A DNA stretch of 64,000 bases. It comes from Macrostomum hystrix (taxonomy: Eukaryota > Animalia > Platyhelminthes). Shown in pieces: positions 26,351 through 37,242 of the stretch. The first letter of the stretch is position 1. Each line of letters starts with the position of its first letter. Below the pieces are notes generated by a model, which saw only the letters and a list, made by a program, of their open reading frames with translations, was not told where the DNA came from and made no database searches. The stretch lies in the NCBI GenBank assembly GCA_950097015.1, contig CATNEN010000037.1, positions 1,798,001 through 1,862,000 on the forward strand, in the 5' to 3' direction. A program made the position numbers and the translations under genes.

Positions 26351-27510
26351 GCGGGGCTTCTCGATGAGGTGGTCTCAACATAAGAAGATTTTTAGGGACA
26401 AAAAGTTTATAATTCTTTAGAAGAACTTTTTTATGAACTGTAAATAATCATGTAATGAACTATACCAAAATGACAGTCAGTAATACTATTCGAATTATTA
26501 AGTTATTTAAACCCTAACACCTCTGTAAGCAAGTGAGGTTGACCTTTGTCTTCAGAAATGACAACTAGAAAACTGCCAGACCAGTCCAAGCCTGATAAAT
26601 CACAGACAGAAGATCGTGACTGACGGTTACAGAATGAGGTTGAGTGAGTGACACATGAGTGACGGTAAGAATTTCGAAGTTTCGAAGTTGAGTTAGGGCA
26701 TGAGTCAGATTCCACTCCTCATGGTCACCAGATTTGCATCGTTTAAAAATGGACAGCTCAGCCAATCTGCTCCCATAGACTCCAGAAAAGTGTAGCAAAA
26801 ATTAAGTCGAAGAATCCCAACAAAAACTCGTGCCTGGCAGCGCCGGGATTTCGAATAGATAGGGATATGGGATTAGGGGAGCGAAGAGTGAGATCAAGAG
26901 ACTGCGCTATTTCGGAAGGCCTACACAAGAGGACTCACTACATGCGTGCATAAATGTATGAAATACATATTTGATCGATACTCTCCATATACTGCAAATA
27001 CATGCGTTCCACCACTCACTCACTCACCCCCTGTCTCTCTCTCCTCCTCTACTCGCAGTTTAACAGTTAGCTAAGCTCAGATTATACGCGCATTGTACAC
27101 ATATAGCAATGGCTAGGAACTGTAGAAAAGGCAATAAAAGAGCTGACATTCTTCGGTGATGCGAACTAGGAAAACTTTCGACTCCTGCGCACAGCAAATG
27201 ACTCGACTGCTGAAATCCCGAAGTACATTAAAGGAGAGAGTGATAGGGAGACGGGAGAAAATTAAAAATTCTAGGCAGCAGGAAGGCGACCGAAATAAAG
27301 GTGACAAAGGAGAGGACAGGTTAGACTTGCCAAACAAATAATATTTGAAGCCCAGTTTGCTAATCTATTTCTAAATTAAGAAAGTCATGAAATTTAAATT
27401 ACTATTTTATACCTGTGAATGCTGATTGACCCAAAATCCGGTCAGTTTGGGTCAGCTGCTAGTTGCCATGGTATGCTGTTGGCTGCAAAGCTATTCATTT
27501 TCTAGGGGAA

Positions 27511-27770
27511 GCTGTGGGTTTCCAGAAGAAACTGTGGGTTTCCAGAAGAAACTGTGGGTTTCCAGAAGAAACTGTGGGTTTCCAGACAAAACTGTGGGTT
27601 TTCAGAAGAAACTGTGGGTTCTAGGGAAAGCTGTGGGTTTCCAGAAGAAACTGTGGGTTCTAGGGAAAGCTGTGGGTTTGCAGAAGAAACTGTGGGTTTC
27701 CAGAAGAAACTGTGGGTTTCCAGAAGAAACTGTGGGTTTCCAGAAGAAACTCAGGGTTTCCAGACGAAAC
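27511..27770. repeat. 20-bp minisatellite (CTGTGGGTTTCCAGAAGAAA)n
   Basis: About 13 copies. Confidence 0.93.
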
Positions 27771-29844
27771 TATTTCAGTTTTGAATCTGACTTAAAGCAG
27801 CTTAAATAAGCTTAGATAATAAGAAACTTATTCACAATTATGCATGGATCAATGCACGGCATTCAATGCCAAGCCAAGTGAGGGAAGGAATCTATGCATA
27901 CGATTGTGCAGTTTCCGGCCAAATGCCTAGCCACCACTTCCATTTCGCCCTCAGATGACATCAAATAACATCAGAATGATGCCTTGCAGTAATGAATCTA
28001 TACTAGCCATTCACTAATGCCAGTCTTATTTACAAGTAGTTACTAAACAGATAATATTATTTCTTCACAAGCACTGCATGCAGTTTAGTCACACGACATT
28101 TGGGGTGGGGGGCATTGTGTAAGTGCATGGCCGCGTGTGTTTTAGCCAAATCGTTATTTCTTACATTATGGCGGGTGTAAATAAGGTGTTAAGATAGTGG
28201 TTCTTACGGGGTATGGGCCACGGAGACTTAAAAAACAGAGACAGAACCAGAAAATGCGCACTAAATATAGGCCCAAAAATATAGTGTTCAGAAATGCGTA
28301 CATTAGCAGAGAAACAAAAATCTATAGCTGTTAACTGGGTTGTCAATGACCGCCCTTTCAGACAGTCAAGACCCACTCGTGCCCAGTGCTGCACGCAGTG
28401 TGTATAATGCAATGGTATGGACAGCAGGAAGGCATGAGACAGATTAAAGCTTCATACTCAAGGAACGGAGACGGCAAGACCCATACATGCAGGCGTACGC
28501 AGAGACCTGAGTACGGGGTCGCGGCCCCACCCCACCCTCCGCCAGTTTTGGTTGGCTGGTGCCCTAGCCGAACAGCTGATCGGCGGTGCATTAGCCGCCT
28601 ATCTCTTTCTCTTCTCTCCTCTGTTTCTCAATCTCTAGCCAAGGGAATGGACTTAGATTAAGTTAGAAGAGAAATACACAGACAGAGAGAGGGGGCAGAC
28701 ATCGTGCATTTGTCACTTTCTAGACCCGTTCCTGTGTAGTATATATATGCCGATTAAATTTATGTTTTAAGGCCTCATTTTTTGTTAACTTGGCTGCCTT
28801 GTGAAACCGCTTCATATATAGCGACGAGGCGTCGATAAAAATATCATCTATAAGTTTGGTATATTAGACGGTATCACACGGTAAGTCAAAACTAAATCAA
28901 CGAGGCCAAGCGAGAGGGCATTGTGCAGTTCCGAATCAGGCATTTCGCTGACAAAACTTATCATCTATGCTGCCGAGCTGCCTGATTAAGAGCTGCACAG
29001 TCTCGCTGTATTGCTGCAACACAGCTGCTGCCATGTACTTTTAATCAGGATTAACTTAAGATTTATACGGTTACGTCTCGAGGCCCCCTGGGCACCGGCA
29101 ACTGTTCAGTTTGTGTCTAAATATGCTCCCATTGCATTAATGCGCGCGGATTAAGTTGAGACTGTACTGCACCTGTACTCAAGCAGTTTGTTGGTCACAT
29201 ACTTTTTAATGGGCCATGTCTCTCTGGTATCTGTGAGGCAGGCATATAATTCCAGGAAATAGCTGCCGGTAACTAGGGTCTCGACGCAATCTCAACCAGC
29301 TGTTTTACCTGCCCCAACCTGCTTTATAATATAGATTACTTATGAGTTATTCAGAAGCACCGTTCACACTGTCCGTTGCACCTTGTTCTCTTTCCTAAAT
29401 GAAAAACTGTTTTTGTTTTTCAGCACACGCGGGTATACAAATTCGAGCTATTAAGTGCGGAGAACTTAAATTGTGTTTCCTTCATTTCACTGTTTTAGTT
29501 GCTTATACTGTCTAAAAAAGCAAATAAAAGCAGCCCACTGTGACGCTTATTTAAAAGCCAATATTTTTATGTGTTGCTATTAATCCTTAAAATTTTTAAT
29601 TCGAAAACTGTAGTACTCTATAGCATTGCAAGTAGTATAAAGTATACAATTCCATAATCAACTCGGAGTTGAAAACTTGGTTAGAGCAGAGTTACGCAAC
29701 CTTATACATCTCGCGGACCAAAGGGAGAACACAAAAACCACCGCGAGCAGCATGTGGACATGTGGAAAAAGGATTAATAGGAAATATAAGGCAGAAGATG
29801 AAACGCGGGAGAGATTAAACACAAGAGATGTGACAAAAGAGACA

Positions 29845-30350
29845 GTGGAGAGATGAGACACGGGAGAGATGAGACACTGTAGAGATGAGACACGGGAGAG
29901 ATGGATACGGAAGAGATGAGACACGGTAGAGATGAGACACGGTAGAGTTGAGACACGGGAGAGATGAGACACGGGAGAGATGAGACACTGGAGAGATGAG
30001 ACACGGTAGAGATGAGACACTGGAGAGATGAGACATGGGAGAGATGAGACACGGGGGAGATGAGACACGGGAGAGATGAGACACGGGAGAGATGAGACAC
30101 TGGAGAGATGAGACACTGGAGAGATGAGACACGGGGGAGATGAGACACGGGAGAGATGAGACACAGGATAGAGGAGACACGGGGGAGATGAGACACAGGA
30201 TAGAGGAGACACGGGGGAGATGAGACACAGGATAGAGGAGACACGGGGGAGATGAGACACGGGAGAGATGAGACAGCGGAGAGATGAGACACGGGGGAGA
30301 TGAGACACAGGATAGAGGAGACACGGGAGACATGAGACAGCGGAGAGATG
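29845..30350. repeat. 16-bp purine-rich satellite (GAGATGAGACACGGGA)n
   Basis: About 31 copies; reverse complement of the array at 62908-63425. Confidence 0.93.
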
Positions 30351-31732
30351 AAGCTGTGCAATAGGTGCGGCTGTGTCACTGGCTGTTCATCTGTTTTCAT
30401 GTCAATTATGATACGCAATAGGCAATGACTCATTATTTTAAACTGTCTTACCCAGTTAGACACCAATTAGGTTATAGTAAGGTTATAGTAGCTAGCTAAA
30501 TCCAGAGAAAAGAACTGAAATGTATAAAAAACCGTAATATTTTGTTCAAAAAATCAAAACTAAAATAATTGAACAAGACAGCCTTGAAAATCAAAGCTGT
30601 GCTAATAATAGCAGAACTATAGCACTGGGCCGACAACTTTTGTGCATTTTTGCATTTCATCTTTTCTAAAAAATTTCAGTGCAAAAATATAGACAGAAAG
30701 CTTAAACAGTAGTACATAAAATGGGATAAAAAGCACTTAAAGTACACATGAATACAATAAAAAATGGCTGAACGAATAGCAAAAATATCTAACAAATATC
30801 AATTTATCAACTGTAAAACAGTTTATACAATCAATTTTAAAGAAATCGTCAATAAAAATCTTAAGGCTAGAAAAGGAAAAGAAAAAAAAACCCGAAATTG
30901 CAAAACAAAAGGCACCAAATCACTTCAATAAAAACCAAAGCCAAAAAGGTGTCATACTTGCAACAAGCAATCCGATTAGGTAACTCAGGTTTAAGACCGC
31001 CTGTGCTAACTGATATGCATTAGAGAAAATGCAAAAATTGACAGCTATAGCCATAGACAACTGAAGTAGCGAACACACCCACCCCGCGACTTACTTGAGT
31101 TGCCGAGCCGTTAAACTTGTTCAACGTCTAACAAGATAAATAGATTTTAAAAAATCGGATAATATGGAATTTAAAAAAAGAAAATCTGATTTAACCAAAT
31201 AATAGAAAATAAGAAAACGAACTCCGTTTATTATAAACTTATGTGACTACAATATATACAATGTAACAAACATACAAATAATAATTGAGCTAAATTACCA
31301 GAATAAAAAATGGCTGCTTCTATACACAATCAAATGTAATGAAACAATAAGATACTTTGAGCACACAATTTGACAATGGGAATTGGAATTAGTTTATTAA
31401 ATAAAAAAATTGCAACATAGAGAAAGGCAACTTGGATAATATACTACTTAATACTTCCATTAGATTAAACATTGCACTATGTCAATTATTTTGTACATAA
31501 AACGTGTAGAAAGAATTAATCATAGAGAAAATGTGGCGCAACGAAAAAAGCTCTAAAATGGATATGTAATAAGTGTTAATAAGTGTAGCTAAAATAACTG
31601 TGCGCTAGGAAGATTGTGTACTTTTAAAATGTAAACTTCAATGTAACGCTATTTAAAAAATGACCATTGTAATATCTGGATTTCTTTCAAGGCAATTTTG
31701 TTTGCACAAAAGTCAACCAATTACGAAGTCTC

Positions 31733-33045
31733 TCAAATGTCTCCGCGTCCTCCCGGATTATCAGAGCGGCAGACTGGCAAGCCGAGAATGATTCGATCAA
31801 GACCCCGAATAGGCAGGACGTGCTCAGCGTAGTGCCTAATCATCTGGGGCACGGAGGCAAACGGCTGCGAATACTGGCCGAGCACATAGTGTCCCTGCGG
31901 TGTACGCTCAATCCGCATGTGGACACACTGATGACCGTGCCGTGCGCGAAGACTTAGCGAGTACTGCTGCTGCTGCTCAATAGAGCCGTCACCTTGACAA
32001 CAGCGCACTAGAAAGGCGCCCTCCGGATGCGGCCTTAGTAACCGTTCGGCAAAATGGCGATCAACCTCTGGTCCGGGGTGGAACCAAAGCTGCTCGGCCA
32101 GGTCCAAGCCGGGGTCCACCGGTGGCCAATGGGCTGCGGCTGTCAAGTGAAAGCACAATGCCAATGGTAGATAGCAGCGGATATTGTGCCAGCAGGGCAA
32201 GCAGTACTTATTTTCAATATGAACTGTTAAGCGACCGTTATAAGAATAGTAATATTTAGAGGAGGGCAGCGGGCACTGGCACATCATTTGGTGATAGTAG
32301 ACCCTCAGACAGCGATGGATGGATGGATGGATGGATGGATGGTGTAAATCTGCCCAGACTTTATTATCGTTAGGCACCGAGGCAGTGTACACTCTCACAG
32401 TGCCTTGCAGGTTGACACTCAAGGGCGTAAATTGCGAGACAAATCCCAAAGCTTTCTCTCCGCGACTTCATCCCAAAGCTTTCTCTCCGCGACTTCATCC
32501 CAAATTAGCTAATGGAGCCTCGCCCCGGAATCGAGCTCAGGGACCTTGGTGCGAGAGGCAAACGCGTTAGACCGCTCTGCCACTCAAACTATAATCCAAG
32601 CATCAGCAAGTATCAGTGTGTAAAACTAACCAACAGATCCAACAGTTTGCACAGGCTTCAGCCGGGGTCGCTGTGATAATGCCTCGCTATTGCAATTGTC
32701 TGGCAGGCAAATGGCGCCATGGGAGCCGTTGGTACTGCCGCTGCCGCCTGGAGTCGACCTTTTTACAACCCGTTCAAATGGACTGGCTGGGTGGTGATTC
32801 AAAATGCTGCCATTACTACTATTAGTAGATCGGATTGGCTCGCTATAGAAACTCTCAGACTGGGCGCCAGAGCTGGGGTTTCCAGTTGAGACTGGCAGTG
32901 GTGGCACTGATGCATCAGGTGGGAAGCTGTACTCTTCCTCCATTTCATTCTTTGATGGCTTTGGCTGCTCCATTTCAGGCATGCTGAATTGACAAGTGCA
33001 CATGAGATTATAATAATTGCTCATACTAGAACTGAGCTGGTCCAT
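31733..33045 (-). CDS. SH2-domain adaptor of the SHB/SHD/SHE/SHF family, 2 exons, about 273 aa
   Basis: Exons 33045-32631 and 32139-31733 (phase 1, 822 nt). C-terminal SH2 reads WFHPG..AERLLR..EGAFLVR..YSLSLR..CVHMRI..HYVLGQYSQPFASVPQMIRHY..LPIRG, matching the SHB-type YVLGQNSPPF.SVP. The N-terminus has Tyr motifs (EEEYSFP, FYSEP). Additional upstream exons cannot be excluded. Confidence 0.85.
32314..32590 (-). mobile_element. tRNA-derived SINE with a (CCAT)n tail in the SH2-gene intron
   Basis: The minus strand reads AGTGGCAGAGCGGTCTAACGCG (A box) ... GAGCTCGATTCCGGGGCGAGG (B-box-like), then an internal 27-bp duplication, the shared core, and a CATC microsatellite tail. Confidence 0.8.
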
Positions 33046-33848
33046 GGTTTATAATATTGACAATGATTGCAGCAATAATTCAATTTAAAACTAGGCCATA
33101 TAAATATGTTAGACAGCCAATTTGAATTTATCAAATGTAAAAAACAAACAATTTATTAGCAAAAAAATAAATTAATAAAACTGATTGCATTGTCTAAAAG
33201 AGTTCTTACAAGCTTGTACTTTCACAATGTTAACTAGCAGTGTAATAAACAAGCTATTTAGTCCTTAGCAAATAAATATTCTTCTAGTTTTCTATAGATA
33301 AGCATAAGTAATTACAATTTATAAGACAGTAGATGGTAGGCCTATGCATGATTATTTTTTTGTTACTGTACCCCTATAATATGGGATTAGCTATTTGGTA
33401 CTTGGCTGTTAACTATTGCTATTAAAAAAACTAGGTCTATTAAGAGTTAAGACCAGTACATATCAAAATGACTAGATGACATAACAGCAACACATAAGAA
33501 TATACTATAATTACCATATAAAATTTGCTCTGAATTATAACAACAGGAACCTAGAAAGTTTGCTCTTTTTCTAAACACTTGCAAGTGCTCTAGTTAGAAT
33601 ATTTTCATTCTGCAAGAATTAAATTATAACAAGTCTGGTTGCAAACTGAAAGCTGAAGTTAAAAGTGTGAATAAGCATAATAGGTCAATTGAGTCAAATC
33701 TATGCAAAATAGGCGTATAGTAGAAGACTAAATAAAAAAATTTTTATTTGTCACCTTTAAGGGCTTAGGGCTAAAAAATAATAACTTATAATTCAAAGAT
33801 TTGTGAGCTTAGCTTATCTTATAATAAACTAAGACTAGGCCCCTAAAC

Positions 33849-34320
33849 GGTCCCAGGTCATTTCAAAGACAAGACATTTCGGTGACAGTCATTTCGGTGA
33901 CAGAATTGGTCAGTTCGGTGACAACTATTTTTGCACCTAAATATGCTAAGAAAACAGCCTTCCACGATCCAGCAGCTGCTTAAAGCCTGCACTCGCATTG
34001 TCAATCCAAAACTTGAAAAATGATTATTATACACATTTAATTAGGAACGAATAACTATTGAAACTATTGACTACTCATTAAATAATTTAATAGGCCTAAT
34101 TTAACTCATTTAAAGTAAAACCCAGACTTTAACATAGTGATGCAGCTTCTTATTAATACTTTTAGCATTATTTCATTAATATTTTATATGTGTGCATATT
34201 TAAAATGGAAGGCTGTTTTTTAGCATATTTAGGTGCAAAAATAGTTGTCACCAATCTGACCAATTGTGTCACCGAAATGACTGTCACCGAAATGTCTTGT
34301 CACCGAAATGACCTAGGACC
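33849..34320. mobile_element. 472-bp non-autonomous DNA transposon (MITE) with ~115-bp TIRs and an 8-bp TSD
   Basis: TIRs begin GGTCC(C/T)AGGTCATTTC and carry ATTTCGGTGACA subrepeats. CCCTAAAC flanks both sides (33841-33848 and 34321-34328). Confidence 0.92.
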
Positions 34321-34440
34321 CCCTAAACTTAGCAGCCAAATTATCAGATGTTTCAATGATAAAGAAATAATGTAATTGCTATATTTTCCATATAAATTCT
34401 CAGGAAACTTTCTGACTTTAGTATATGGTGCATGCAACAA

Positions 34441-34657
34441 CATACATGCGCAACCTCCCAAATCTTAGCTGACCGTGCGACTTAGTTTGCTCTCATTTGC
34501 TCTCTTTTTCTCCCCCTTTTCCTTTTCTTGACGCCTTCCTTTTTTGTCCCTTGGCCCCCCCTTTGATTTTTTTGCACTTGGTTGATTGGTTTTTGCAACT
34601 TACCTTGCTTGGCCCTCATTTCACCCAGCCAGTTTGGCCAGGTGTTGCGCATGTATG
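34441..34657. mobile_element. 217-bp MITE with a 14-bp TIR and a 9-bp TSD
   Basis: TIR CATACATGCGCAAC / GTTGCGCATGTATG. ATGCAACAA lies at 34432-34440 and 34658-34666. Confidence 0.85.
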
Positions 34658-35441
34658 ATGCAACAAGTTCTCATCAGTCATGATGTGCAAGGTGACTATA
34701 TGCTATATTGCTATATGAATGCCCAAGTTGCGATCAAACATAATTTTACAGATAACTGAGATAAGAAAATGGCAGCCAAAAAGTACAAATAGGCCTAGTC
34801 CAAACACAATTATAATAATAAGCCTACTCAGTTCTCGTATCATAAAAATCCTTGATTGACCAGTAGCTAGCTGTTAGGCTGTAGGCTAGGCTAGGCTATA
34901 GCTAGTTCTAGTTCTAGCTGCTGGTGGCAGTGAGGAGTGCGGTAATGAGTTGTAAGACTTCTGCATATGTGTGCATAAGGTAGGCCTATTAAGCGCTAAG
35001 AAGGGTGTAAACACTAAACAAAGACAAAAAAGTAGCAATCGGTTTAGATGCATCTGGTTTAGATGTCTTAGAAGTAGAGTATTTGGCTCTGCCAAAACGC
35101 CAGTTACGCCAATAAAAACGCGAATTTGTTTTTTGCAAAGTTTTGAATGGTTTTGAATGAATTTTATTTCTCAATTTCGTTGATTTAAGATATATTTTAA
35201 CAGTTTTTAGACTGCTCCATAAAATATAATAATTTGAAAAAGAAAATTTTAACTACTGCGAACCGGCAGAATAGGCATTTTTCACAAGCATTTGAAGCCC
35301 AATTAATATCAGTTAATTCGACTCTGACTAATAAATGTTCTAATTTAAAGTATAATTTTCTAAGAATTAACAGACAGAATATGGCGGCGGAATGCAATAA
35401 TATGCTTAAAGCGGCATGGACTGAATAAAATTAAATATATA

Positions 35442-36148
35442 CTACACATTTTCACGTTAAATTTTTATCAAATTCCAGTTCTAAAAGAATTAGCGGAAAT
35501 TCAATTCAGACGCTTTGAGCTATGGTCAGTGCTAACAGAAAATCAATAAAAACATACAAGCACCCTGTCAAGAGCTACAGAGCCCGTTCAATTCAAACTC
35601 GGCTTTTTGTCTCTGGCAAAATCTCTCTTAGGCCCCCTACTGGAAGGCGAAAGGATGCTTTGAAGAACTTCAATAGAAACAGAGCTGTTTCAAACGAAAC
35701 TTAACCATGGCATAGGCACATGTCAACGAAAAACTGTACAACAGAAACTGAAGGAAGGAACGAGTGAGCGAATAAATAAATTAATGAATAAATGAACAAC
35801 CAATAGAATGAAATAAGACATTCTGTCAGCTCCATTTTGTCAAGTTGTTATTTTGTCAAGCCTCCCTTTGGTAGGCCTAGCTTTTCCAGCCTTCCAGATC
35901 ACACAATCATGTACGCAGTTGTCCGCTTTACACCTAATTGCTGGGCCAATTCAACAAAATCTTCTCCTTGCTCAAAAGCTCCAATAATTCTAGCTCTATC
36001 AGCATTGCTGATCCTGTCGTTCGTTCGTTTGTCCTGTTTATTTTCTATTAGCACTGACTGACCATAGCTCAAAGTGTCTGAATTGAATTTCTGCAAGTTC
36101 TTTTAGAACTGGAATTTGATCAAAATTGAACATGAAAAGATGTATTAG
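35442..36148 (-). mobile_element. Internally deleted Tc1/mariner-like element with ~90-100-bp TIRs and a transposase N-terminal HTH remnant
   Basis: Inverted ATCAAATTCCAGTTCTAAAAGAA...AATTCAATTCAGAC(G/A)CTTTGAGCTATGGTCAG at about 35467-35530 and 36058-36122. ORF 35899..36096 (RISNADRARIIGAFEQGEDFVELAQQLGVKRTTAYMIV) looks like an HTH. A TA TSD was not confirmed. Confidence 0.7.
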
Positions 36149-37242
36149 AAACTTTCCTAAATATATCTCTAAACCATATGCAAAGTGCTAAGTTTGCCCT
36201 ATAATCCAAATGCAACACAAATTTCTGGCCTGATCCCTGATCTTCCTGTTGCATCCTTATCAAACACTTGGACATCATAAACTGTTATTCTAAACCTATA
36301 TAACAAATCAAAGAATGTAACTTTCTAGAGAGTTTTTATAATAGTTATAACTACAGTTGCTATGTTTTATGCCCACTAGGTGGAACATGGAAGTTGTGAC
36401 TTGGGGCTGTCCATGACTCCCAGCTGTCACTGCCTCTCAGTTTGTCACTCCCAGCTGCCACTGGTAGGCTGACCAATCTTTGACAGGTTCATGCCTAGGC
36501 TACATACTAAGAAACAGTGTGGTAGAGCAGATGTCATCATGCAGTGTCACTTAGTCCAGAAAGTAGTTGTTCATTATTGGCTACATTTAAGAGCTTCTAA
36601 AACTTAATTAGTAAAACAAGTGTATATTGTTCTCTAATATATGACATCTGTTTAGGTTACATATGCAATAAGGATTGGCTGTCTTCTTTCTTTAAATGTC
36701 CTATCTTTCCCTGTCTTATCAATCTACAGTTAAATTTCCTTTAAGCATTATCTTTCTATAGTCAATATGGCTTGCTGTCATTTTTAGATTTTTAAGATCT
36801 AGGTAGAGATAAGTATATATTTTATCTATTCACATATGTAAACACAAAAAAGTCTTTACTTTCTATTGTTTCTTTTTATCTATGAATTCATGCATAAAAC
36901 TTTTAACTGTAATGAAAGCACTATTTCAGCAAAAAGTAACTAGAATGGATTTCTCTCTTAACTAGCATATTTTATGAAAAATAAAGTGGACCTTTTAGAA
37001 TTTAGACCAATCAATCAATCAAATAAATAAAAAAGACATGGATCATAGTTTTTGTACTCAAAACTATAGTAGGGTCACTTAACTATAAGTAAGTAGGTAT
37101 TATGACTTCTAAAAATCCATGTGTGTTTTCATATTATGTATACTGCTGCTGTCAAATTATATACTTTTGTTAACTGCTTTGTAAGACTTTTTTAATTGTT
37201 CAAATGCTTTCTATTCAATAAGATTTTGTGTTTTACTTTTAC

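Noticed and set aside
26500-26900. Possible SL RNA or snRNA (AATTTTTG Sm-like site, GGTAAG)
   Set aside because: No leader ending in ATG|GT in the right position relative to the Sm site, and no supportable stem-loops.
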